DNA of 64,000 bases from Schizochytrium sp. TIO01 (lineage: Eukaryota; Protista; Bigyra: Labyrinthulomycetes), in the NCBI GenBank assembly GCA_004764695.1, contig SMSO01000014.1, forward strand, positions 2,289,648 through 2,353,647. Reading direction: 5' to 3'. Shown piece by piece: positions 43,912 to 54,892 of this stretch. Made by a program: the position numbers and the translations under genes. The notes beneath the pieces are model-generated. The model saw only the letters and a program-made list of their open reading frames with translations. It had not been told where the DNA came from and did not search any database. Position 1 is the stretch's first letter; every line of letters begins with the position of its first letter.

Positions 43912-46243
43912 TTAGAAAAGGGTTTCAGTAATGTGCGCGATTTTTTCTTCGTATCGTTGTCTCTGCTCATCTATCTTCGACTCATACATCTCACTTTGTT
44001 GTCGAAGCTCCTCTTGAAGCTCACTGCAAAGTTCACGAAGAAATGCGATGTCTTGAACAGATCCTGGGACATTACTGGTTGTGAATGTACTATATGACCT
44101 CCCAGTTGGAGATTTTGGAGTGCTCATGCTAAGGCCTTTCGTATCAACAGTCGCTCCTGACGCGCCACTAGTCAATGAATCCACTTTCTCCAAACCTTCT
44201 TGATTGCAAGTTTTAAAACCAATAATATTGTGCCCATTTCCAGAAGCAAGCTTGGACCCAAGGTCTTCACTTAGTTCATCCTCGAGAACAATCGATGGCC
44301 TTCCTCTTGATGATCCTGAAATTGAATGAAAGCTTGATGAACTGTCTATTCCTTTTGCTATAAACTGACCTTCTTCAGCTACCAGGTTTTCCAAGCGGCG
44401 TGTAATTGTGGGGAAAAGACGGGCGGGCCTCTGGGTCTTCTGCCCAGCACTCCTCCAGCAATCCAACAAGTTCTGGCTTTGCAACCCTGGTGCTCTCAGG
44501 AATCGGCGGTCTAAAGCCCTTCTCCAAGAGTGATTCTAATGTGCCTTTCTTGTTGAAAGCTTTCACAACATATAAGCCATCACCGACTAAAGCCTCGCAA
44601 AGAACAAGACCAAAAGCATACACGTCGAGCTTTTCCGTGAATGCTTCTCCTCGATGCACCTCAGGAGCTAGGAACACAGGAGAGCCTCTAAGTTTACCAT
44701 CCTCCCCTTGATTTTGAGGAACACTTTCTCTGCTTCCAATATGGCGCTTGCATAAGAGAGAGACCCCAAAATCCGCTAATTTGGCTTGCAGTCCGGCGCT
44801 TATGAATATGTTAGAGGGCTTGAGATCGTGATGAATAATAATCTCGTCTAGAAATGAATGCATGTAGCAAAGTGCACGGGCAACTCCGAGCACAATTTCG
44901 CGTCGTGCAGACATCCACGTGTACTCTGGATTCGCTAAAATATCTTCAAAGGTACCTCTCTCGCATAGTTCTAACACGCAGTAAGCTGTTTTTTCAGGTA
45001 CACTTATAGAAGCTGCATAGAAGCTTAGAATGTTGGGATGCCGCAGACGCTGGAAAACGCTAACTTCGTGCCAGAAAAACTCTAGTTCCGCACTTGTAGT
45101 CCTTGAGAATGTATATGTTTTTGTAGCCACTGTTAGGCCCCTAAACCTAGCACGATAAATTTTCCCAAAATTTCCTTGTCCAATTGTGTCAAGTAAAAGC
45201 ACATCCTGATTTCTGCATGTAAGTAAAGACAAACGATCCAATGGAGTTTTAGAAAGTGCTTTTGCGCTAATCTCACATAGATTTTCCAGATGCGTGGACG
45301 GCGCTTCTGGCTCAAATGCAATGTGCTCATCGCTTGTCAAATTGTATAAAGGGTCGTTATTTCCACCTGCACCGTTTTGTAAAGTTTGACAGTATATAGC
45401 ATAAAACTGCGAGCGATAATGGTTTTCAAACTGACAACGTATAGAGACCATTGCCCAAGCAAAGCATATGGCGCAAAGCAGAATAGCAGGAAGCTCGGGT
45501 GCAAGGTTGTAGTTTGGGTCTACTTGAAGCATATAGGTTAGTGCTGCTACAGCGTGAACAGCGAATAATGAAATGAGAGTGATAAACCAGGATTCTGCAA
45601 ACAAAACTCGAAGAGTCGAAGTTTGCAATGCCCACCCACTAAACAGAAGTGTTGTAAATTCTGCATTATCGAGTACCATCTGGCTAAATAACATGTGGCA
45701 GCCGACTTCAGCGTCAGGCAGGGAACATACTTTGAATGAAGCCAGAACCTCTTCGAGACCTCGAAAAATTGATACTCCTGCAACAGCTACGATCATAGGA
45801 AAGATAAACAGAGTGAGCTTGGGAAAATGGCCTCCTTTGGCATTGGTGGAAAGTGAAGCGAGCCCAAGAAAATGAAATGTGATAATTAGAGCGTACATAG
45901 TTACACGGGGCGCCATATGCAGTGTAGAATCATCTTCTGTGATAGTTGATAATAATAATATAATACATGACACCGAAAAAACAGTAACTGAAACAAATAT
46001 TGCCATGTGACTTCTTCCCTTCTGATATTTACGAAAGTTCCCATAATACCATTGTTTAAAGTAATCCTCAAGTTGTTTGTTGCAAAAACAAAGATTCCAT
46101 TGTTGGGGAGGACGCTGTATCTCCTTTACTGGCATATTAAAGGACATCTCTGTGCCCATTGCATCGCCATCATCGTATTCGTGTTCTTGATGGACCTGGG
46201 TTGAATACATTCGACTAGAATTTCGGAAGAATTTACTTTTCAT
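43912..46243 (-). CDS. Six-TM membrane-anchored TKL-type protein kinase with C-terminal coiled coil; one +1 frame break at ~44410-44417
   Basis: About 6 hydrophobic helices, then IGQGNFGKIY, VATK, HEVSVFQRLRHPNIL, HHDLKPSN, ADFG, FLAPE, DVYAFGLVLCE, CWAEDPEARPSF. The final kinase helix (PTITRRLENL) and tail are in the overlapping ORF 43912-44484; about 776 aa if repaired. Confidence 0.9.
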
Positions 46244-49200
46244 GACGGTGCTAGAGATACAATAGGGTCACAACTCAAGCGTGTATTTGATCTTTACACA
46301 GCAAGTAGCTTCAACACGTTATGCAACCTTAGCAGCAAAGGTTCGTTTTTGCGAGACGCTATCCTCTTCAGAATTTAAGTTGTGATCACAACCGCCTACG
46401 CTACAGCAAACCCTAAGCTGCAGGATCGACAAGCTGCTGTGATCTAGCACGCCTGCTCTCGCTCTCAGTCGGCAAAAACGTCGTAGTTTATCTCCAAGCT
46501 GTTTATGTATTGTGAAGGGAGATGATCATGAGCGAGTAATTGTAACTATACCTTATTTAGATCATCGCTTTCCCCTCGAGGCATTAAAATAAATAGTGGA
46601 AGTACCTTTGCTTACTTCAACCCTTTTTTCGACACTCGTTGTTTATATTTGCCAGCTTGTTCTCAACGTTTGGTGTACTTGAGAACGATCAATATAGTAC
46701 TCACGGGTTATCTGTTTCTTTTCCTTCACTTCAGAAATAAATAACAGATGGAAGGACAGTTTTCCCCTTTTACCCCACAAGGACCAAATGTGTTTCTTTC
46801 TGGCAACAATGCTTTTGAACCGTCAACGTTGGGGCATAAACTTATGTAATCACGTTCGAATCGCTTTCGCTTAAGAAAAGAATTCTAAATTCCAAATCAT
46901 TTCCACTACACGGATTGGATTTGCGCTGAGAAGGTTGCCTGTTTAGTCGTAGTAATTGGTTATTTTCGACTTTCCCTATTTTCAACGGACAAGCCACTCA
47001 CATGTGTTTTTTAATTTTGCCGAAGGTGCACCAGAACCCAGATGTCTTGATTCAAGAAACATACACGGCTCTGCGGTCTTCTCTGCAGAGCCAACACGAA
47101 CAGGGCGGTCTAAACTGCTTTGGCTTCAGGATTGAGCGCATACCTCTTTTACGTATTCTGTTCCTTTTTTCATGAGTCATATGAGGTGGCATTGTTTGTT
47201 TATTTTTAGAAGTATTTTAATAAATATTTATTCAAAAAATTATAATCATGAAATTAAAAAAAAAACTTTTTTGCCTCCTTCCAAATCAACGACATCTCCT
47301 AGCTTTCCACCTGACAAGGTAGAAGTACTCAGGATTTTAGAACTAATTCGTTTTTTGGACACCCCCATACATGCTATAGATATGTTTAGAAGTGCTGAAC
47401 ATAGTCGCTGAGCACAGTCTTGCACATATGCTACTTTGCCTACGTTCAATAAGGGATTTGAACATTTTTCCTCATAAAAAGTGCTGCGATTCTGATCTTC
47501 CAGATCTGATCTAGGTCAACCAAAATGATGAAATTCTAAACAAGTTCAAATTAAGCAAAATTCGAGAAACATTGCTTTTTTCGTAAAAGAAATAAGGTAA
47601 ATGAAAGTGGTGTTCCTTCTTCCTTTTCGGAGGGAGTCGCAACCCAAGCCATGACTCATCATTTTGTGTAGTTTCTGAGTGAGCATCACCCAAAGGAATA
47701 CTGAAATCACAAAGTAAACCGCGACGAGAAAAGAGAGTCTAAAAGGTCAAATCTCAGTAAGATGTTGTTTTAAAATCCAAGATTGTTCCAAAGGCACGAG
47801 TTTTGATTATCTGTGTAAAACAATAGATTTTCAGGTTGGACCTCATGTATGCACGATACTAAGTAGAAAAAACATGATAATAATTGTCTTTTAGCTGGTC
47901 AGCTGGACTCACGCACAAATATTAGAGAGAGATCTGTACCAGACCAGGGGAGTTGATATCATTTGCTGAGATTATAATTCCTTTAAACAGCCAATGAATT
48001 TGTTAGGTGGCAGAAAACAAATCCAATTTGTTTTAGAACGAAGTGAAGTCTTCCTGCCCTAGCTACGAGAACTAGATGCATTAAATAATATATAATAGTA
48101 TTGTTATTTTAACCTTTGCTCTATGATTTCTATTTAAGATTATGTCTTTTTCTTGTTGTAGTTTTGATTTTCAGACTTTAGAAACAAACAGGTAGCTATA
48201 TATCTGCTAATACCACTAATTCAAACTTTAGCTGTTCAGGCATTAGGCTTCAGCAAAATTATGATAGTAATATATGGGGTAAGTTTGGGTTCTTCTATGG
48301 CCAGAAGAAGATGAAGCTGATATAAAAATTCCGCAAGGTAGCATGCACATGCTACCCCACCCGTAATGTATTGTTGCTTGGCTTATCTAGCCTGTTCATG
48401 CAGGGTAATATTCATCAAAGGCAAGAAGGGAAACCTCTGAAGGCTACAAGTGAACAAACTGGATATATTTAGGTCAAAGGTGACTTAGTGGAAAGCAGAA
48501 CGTTGAGTTTTCGTAAACATTTGAACATCCAAAGCACATCTCCGACAGCATATCGTGAAATTGAAGGGATACATCTACCACACCCAGGTTTATTGAACTT
48601 GTTTTATCTATCAACTCGATTATACTGGCTTTAACAAATCGACCTGATGTCTAAGATGCGGGTTTATGTTTATTTATTGCGCAGGATCTCAATTCAAACT
48701 TTGAATATAAAAGACACTTTCCCTGATAAAATAACTCAGTTTCATAAACATGTCTAATGCTTATTAAGCTGGCCACCATAACTATGATCAATACCTTCAT
48801 TCCTTGTTTCATGATATTTAAATACAAAGCTTGTTTTAAATCGCTCATTGACCATGCAAATATTGATGCACTAATTGGAACACAAAAGATTTCCAAAATT
48901 TGACTAAATGCAAATTGTATTGGGCAAAATATTGTTGAAGTCAGTTTGAAAACTAGCACCACGTAACTGTTGTTGCATTCTGAATCTGAGTTTATGTTGA
49001 TAATCGTACAAGACGGTTATTTTATTACAGTATCTACCTACTTCACTCTGGCACACATCCTTGAATTCAAAACGCAAAAGGAAACTAAATATTTGCCATG
49101 AGTCAATATTCGATCATACAATAAGTTAGGCTTCTGGCAGTGAGTAGAAAAGTGATAATATATATGAATAAAATGTTGAAAAGTCTTCGATTCTGCTTGA

Positions 49201-49829
49201 GATTGACCCAATGAAGAAAACCTAGGAGAGACTAATCTATCAGCATCAGAGTTCGTGATTCAACGTGCTTCTGCAAACCCCAACATGTGCGAATAGCATC
49301 AGCGTAGAACGTTCCCAGCATGGGATTGTTCAGCCCAACAATTCGCAGAATAAAAAGAGCAACAACTTAACTCCCTTGTACAGTCTCTTTTCTTCACTAA
49401 TTCTCTCAAGACTTGGTTTCTTTTACATAGTTTATGTGATGGGTAATCTCATCGTGAAGTTTGTTGCTGTTGCTGTATGATCTTTGTTAATGCAAACCTT
49501 TTACGCTTATCTACAACATGCGACTGGCCAGTATTTTTTGAAATGCTGACAGACGATGATTTTTAAAAATACTTGCTCAGTGTGTGGCATCTCGCGTGAC
49601 GAACTTGCTTCTGCTGCTTCTTATGATTTTGCAGCCGCGTGTCCTTTCCTTTTGGAATAAGAACTTCAATTAAAACATATTCAGGTACCCAGATTTGAAC
49701 GAGAGAGGCCACCTTCTACAAATTCATCATTTTAACAACTGAGGGCCTTGGCGTCCCAATAATGAATGCTACTGACGATGGGGAGAGCGTGTTGCATTGC
49801 ATCCCTGGCTTAGCATTTCCTCTTAATTT

Positions 49830-51225
49830 TCAAGTTGGCGTCTGATACTTGGTTGTTCGATTTGGTGCCTTGTTTAGGATTTGTCTATGAGCGGACAAGA
49901 CACAGAACTGACTGTCTACGAACAATGGAAACAAAGAGCAACAGACACAGAACCACGGGGGGACAGGACGCCACAACTTCGCAGATTGAGTTAGCATGTT
50001 TAGATTCGATCGCAAGAGAGGCAGCGAACCTCTGGTCGGGGTCCACAACGGAAAGTTGCAATGTACTAACGCGCATGGGTCCCCCGCTCTGTACTTCCAG
50101 TAGAAATTGTTCAAGCTTTAGCGTTGATGCTGACGACTCGCGAGGTTACGAAGTGGAGCTTCTGTTCGTGAGATCTGCGTGACATGATTCTTGAATGTGA
50201 AAAAGATATCTTACAGACTTATTTCCGGCTATGAGGCATTTTAGAGGCCGGAGCGACAGTCAGTTTAAGTACACGTGAACTGCGTAAGCTATGCCAGAAA
50301 TTTGGAGCTCACCAAAGCCCACAGACTTGGTCTGGGGTTCAATTTGATTTTAATGAAGAAAACTATAAAGATAAGTACATACAGCGACATCGTTCACCTT
50401 GGAAATGGTAATTTAACCTTGCAGATAAAAGTAGCGTTGTAAACATTGGCACACCAGGCACTGACCGAGTGATTCGGTTTCCTCAGAGACCTTTCGATAG
50501 CGAGACAATTTTGAAATCAGTAATAACTGTTTATCGTCTGCGGAACGACCTTCAAGGCGTCTATAGAACGGCTCGAACTCGAATGGCATACTTCGAAGCA
50601 ACTCTCAAGTCAAATCCTCAGCGTTTGGGAAGATCAAGTTTCATCGACTAAATAGGTCTGCCTCTATGGACTGCTGTGGGCTTTGTACCAAGCCAAGGCA
50701 GACATTTTCCATCGAATGGAGTGCCAGGGTGGACGGTGGACCAACGAATCAATGGCGTGGCATTCAGATGACGGTTTTTTTTGGTGTTTTTTTTTTTTTT
50801 TTTCGGTCAAAGTAATTTCAGAGCGCCTGCAGCTCTCGAAGATGCACCTGGAATCCAGCAAACTGGACCCATGATGTTTGGTTGCGGGGACACTGTTGAG
50901 ATTAGAGTACGGCTCGTTCGAGCCTACCCTGATCCCAGCGCCTGTCTTGAAGCGCGCAATCCCACGATCTCTTTCATAGCAACAGTGATTCTGACTTTGA
51001 AATGGACACATTATCGGCGTCCGCCGCAATCTTTTTTTGAATAAACTGTGGGCAAATTTCTTCCCGTGCCTTGGGTTTGACACTTATGACATGGTACATT
51101 TGCACATGGATGAGTTTATGTTTGACTTTGCCTCATACGAAAAGCTGGTCATTGCCCAACTTGTAGAACCATGTGCAACACTGAACCAAGAGGGATGTGC
51201 AGCGAATTATGCTGTAGATCGCTAA
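49830..51225 (+). pseudogene. SPRY-domain pseudogene (RanBP9/SSH4-like SPRY), possibly with an F-box-like N-terminal remnant
   Basis: Pieced across frames: GTDRVIRFPQRPF...MAYFEATL...*...AVGFVPS...VPGW|TNESMAWHSDDG...GPMMFGCGDTV...FFPCLGFD...FMFDF, the usual SPRY motif order. Broken by an in-frame TAA (50649-50651), a 7-bp duplication, an expanded T run and another shift near 51035. Confidence 0.75.
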
Positions 51226-51803
51226 CAATTTGCTTGTCATACATTAATCGAAATGCATCGACCGGTAAACCAAGGACTTCGCTCGCTTGCTCTGAAATGT
51301 CTACCATACGTACAGTTTGTGCGGCTCCTGTGAACTCAAGTGGAACTACACGCCCATCCAAAGTCCGTAAATAAATAACTGGCTGTGGGCGACGGCGCTT
51401 TTCAACCGTACCAATATTTTCCTTGATGAGCTCTTCTCGATGTTGGCGCAAGTGCCTTTGAGCAAACTCCTTCTTCGAATAGTTAATTTCATCCTTGTTT
51501 TTGTGTAAGAGGGCGGGGGAGGAGCATAAATTACGGCACAATGGTGTCACTCCAAAAGGAAGTGTATCAAATGACTCGAACTTCCTTTTGCGATGATTCA
51601 TTGCGCATGGAAAGCAAGGCTCAATGCTTGTTTCTTCGCTGGCAGATCTTCGAGGCGCCGGGAAATCTTCGTAGCTGGCAGACCCAAACTGCTGATGAGG
51701 CGCTGAGAGATTGACGAATCCTTGTCTGGCTACTTGATGATTTTCCTGCTTCTGCTGTTCGCCACGGTTCTGCTCTTGACGAAATACCAGCTGTCCATAT
51801 ATA

Positions 51804-51858
<55 letters not shown>

Positions 51859-52027
51859 GCAGAAACTGCGCATACTGCTGTTGCTGTTGGTCCGTTTCCT
51901 GGTAGTATGCGAAACAGTGGAGCCCATCTGGTAGCACTTGCGGCAGCTGTTGTGATTCTGTTGCTTTTGGGACGGAACAAGTTGTTAGGACTGGTGTGGA
52001 CCGGATAGGGGGGTCGTCAATGTCCAT
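51149..52027 (-). CDS. PolyQ protein with C-terminal ubiquitin-like domain (292 aa)
   Basis: C-terminal IYLRTLDGRVVPLE...LGLPVDAFRLMYDKQ...IPLGSVLHMVLQVGQ parallels ubiquitin; Q-tract encoded by (CAA)n at ~51804-51860; basic NLS-like HRKRK and KRRR. Confidence 0.82.
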
Positions 52028-52250
52028 GGTGAGGTCTTGCCAAACCCGCTTCGACTAAGGAAAGAGGACTGTTTTTCCTGAAATATGGAATTTCAGTTGG
52101 CGTTTCTGAGCGAACAGTCTCTCCCAGCAAGCTCAGTGCAACAAGGCGTCACAGTATTGCTGGTGAGGTAAGGACAATGAGAAAAGAGAAGTGGAGAAAG
52201 AAAGAAAAGTGATTTATCCATACTAGGTATCAACTAAATAGTACATATGA

Positions 52251-52291
52251 GCTATCCTAACATACTGTTAGGATAGCGTAGGGCACCTAGT
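52251..52291 (+). mobile_element. Helitron-like 3' terminus: perfect hairpin followed by CTAG|T
   Basis: GCTATCCTAACA-TAC-TGTTAGGATAGC (12-bp stem, 52251-52277), 9-nt spacer, CTAG at 52287-52290, then T. No Rep/helicase seen in the window. Confidence 0.35.
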
Positions 52292-53185
52292 CCTCTCTTT
52301 CCTGTCTCATACTCATCGAGACTACACTCCTATAACGCCCTAGACAAACGGGCCAGTTTTTGGAGTGTCTAGCATACCATTCAAACCAGGTATTTAGCCA
52401 GTATCGCACGTATTAGAGGTGTCGCTGAAATTCTTAGAGTGCAGTTATAAACTGCATTTCGTTTTGTTACTATTATAATCATGGTACCATTCGTGTTTCT
52501 TCACATCAGTGGCATTACCCATACAGTATATGATGCTCATTTGAATACACTTTCTAAAGGAAGAGGAAACAACGTATGCAAGTAGAAAGTAGCACACAGC
52601 AATGACGATGATGGTGTATCAATATCCAAAATAAGTTGCGAAAAGTTATCCATCCAGAAGAAGGTTTTCCTTCCTGTAGATCTAAATCAAATATTCTAGT
52701 TGTGTCATCTTTGCATGATATATTTAACTATAGCTAAGAAAAATAACAAGATACATGTAATCGATGACCATATTTTTCAAAGTTGTATTTGTCAGCTTCA
52801 CACTCACAAACAAAGCAAGCAACCATAGTTATAGCAAAACTGAATATGTATAAAGCAAAACCCAGTATTAAAATTAAATATATACAATGTAGTCTACAGA
52901 TCCTACACTAAATCGTCGGACGTGTGCAAACACATAAAAGTATGAATATTTTCTTTAAATTGCCTATTGGACGATCCAGCGGCGATCTTCGAATGGATTC
53001 AATTGAAATATGATAAGAAATATATGGTAAGGACAAAAGCCGAAGGAAAGCTTTTTAAAAAATATTCTGTATTTAAAGGACGAAGACGTTTCAAGCCCGA
53101 GTGTTGGGCACTCTTTGTCATATGCGTTGCATACGATGTCGAAGAGATGGTAAGATAAGCATGGGTTTGAGTACCCTTAGTTATA

Positions 53186-54892
53186 TCATCTTGATTTTCT
53201 GTTGTTCTTCCTTTGGGGTGAAAGGTGAGACACAACATCACCATTCACTCGAAATTGTAAACCATTGGGCCAAAGATGGCTCGGCTCGTACAGGTAGTTA
53301 GCCATGATGGACGCACTACGTCGAAGACCACGGGGATTAAGATCAGCAGCCCAGTTTAGAGCTAAAATCTCGGCACCATTTCGAAGGTGAAAATTGGCAA
53401 CCGGATCCATCTGCCTAATGTCAGAATTAGATGCCTTACTCTCAATATATACCTTGGCTAGCTTCATGAGTGGTTCGCTCAATGTTTCCATTACCTCCTT
53501 ATCCTGGGTGTAATTGCAAGAGTCGAGCTGAGCTAAAACAAGATCTTTGATAGAGTGCGATGACATGGAATCAAGAAGATCTTGGACCCGTGGTTCCAAT
53601 AGACGAAGGGCGCGTTCCGATGAGAGGACTTGCTTCGCTTCGTTGGGAAAGACCCTCTCAAACTGTGTTGGATCTAAGTCCCGCAGATACGGTGAAACAA
53701 ATCCTACCATTGGAGAGAGCGTCGAGAAAGTCTTGATTTGAGGAAAGTCGCGCTTAATTGTTTGCACGACATCATACAAGAGATTGTGCCCAAGATCAAC
53801 CCCGTTGAGGCCGTCAAATGCAGAGGAAATTGTGAAGAAGATTGCGGTGTCAGCATCATTAGCATTAATTTGATTCTGTTCCACTGCGGCCATGGAAGAA
53901 GCGACACCCTTTGTGAGGCCAACATGTACAAAAATGACTGGACGCAAAGGCTGGAATGGAGAAAAAGTTCCAAAGCAAAGACGATTCTTGGGGTTTAATC
54001 GTTCTTTCAACTCGTCCACATTATTCAGAGGGTGGACCTTTTCAGCTTGAAGCATATGCTCGAAAGTCACTTGATCATCTTCTGGCGTGATAGCCCGCAT
54101 CGTGGTGGCTGCGCGTCCAAAATAGGGAACAAGAACAGTGCGAAGTGAGTTACTGATCTGCTGCAGGGCACCTTTGGTGTCATCATCAAGTCGTTTCGAC
54201 CGGAGATGTGCAACAAGGTTAGCACGGAATTGTACAAGAGTGTCAATTCCCTCACGATCAAAATTCAGGTGCCTACGAAAACAGTCTACATAGCGTGATC
54301 TTGGCATTGCTGCACGAAGCTCGAGCGCAATCTGCGCAGTCTCTTCTTCTGTAAAGTTTTTTATGATCGGCGTAATAAGCTGAGAAAGCTCTTCCACTGA
54401 AAATGCACGAGCAACAGGGTGGTTTAGATCCGTGTGTTTGTTACCAGTGATTTCAAAGAGTTGATACACCTTATACATATCCAGATCTAAAGGGGAGTTA
54501 GAATCAGCGTAGCCATGACCGAGCGCTTTGAACATATCTTCTCCCAAAGCAGCAATCATAACCTGTCGCCATGGTTTAGTAGACGTGCTGCTAGACTCTA
54601 AACCATTAGTATTAGTTGAGGCAGATTTACGAGATCCTCCGTTTCTTTGGTTTGTATCTCTGGATGTACAAAGGCTGCGCAAGGCTGACAAACCTTGCGG
54701 GGCATGAACCAGGTTCTGGCCGACATATGATATACGATGAAGAGCTCCGGTGCGATGAGCTTCCCCATTGGAGATTGGCAAAGAAGCAGCGGAGGATGCA
54801 GAGGCCGCGAGCCCGGCACGGGTGACCTTCCTACCTAAGGTGAAGCGCGCAAAAGCCGCTCCGCTACTCATGGGGACGCTCCAAAGCGCCAT
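53186..54892 (-). CDS. MLYCD: Malonyl-CoA decarboxylase, likely mitochondrial
   Basis: EKVHP...ELKERL...RLCFG, PVIFVHVGL, AIFFTISS, GLNGVDLG, FSTLSPMVGF, DPVANFHLRNGA, NWAAD...GLRRSASIMANYLY; R/A/S-rich N-terminal presequence. Confidence 0.95.
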   Translation of the reverse strand: MALWSVPMSSGAAFARFTLGRKVTRAGLAASASSAASLPISNGEAHRTGALHRISYVGQNLVHAPQGLSALRSLCTSRDTNQRNGGSRKSASTNTNGLESSSTSTKPWRQVMIAALGEDMFKALGHGYADSNSPLDLDMYKVYQLFEITGNKHTDLNHPVARAFSVEELSQLITPIIKNFTEEETAQIALELRAAMPRSRYVDCFRRHLNFDREGIDTLVQFRANLVAHLRSKRLDDDTKGALQQISNSLRTVLVPYFGRAATTMRAITPEDDQVTFEHMLQAEKVHPLNNVDELKERLNPKNRLCFGTFSPFQPLRPVIFVHVGLTKGVASSMAAVEQNQINANDADTAIFFTISSAFDGLNGVDLGHNLLYDVVQTIKRDFPQIKTFSTLSPMVGFVSPYLRDLDPTQFERVFPNEAKQVLSSERALRLLEPRVQDLLDSMSSHSIKDLVLAQLDSCNYTQDKEVMETLSEPLMKLAKVYIESKASNSDIRQMDPVANFHLRNGAEILALNWAADLNPRGLRRSASIMANYLYEPSHLWPNGLQFRVNGDVVSHLSPQRKNNRKSR

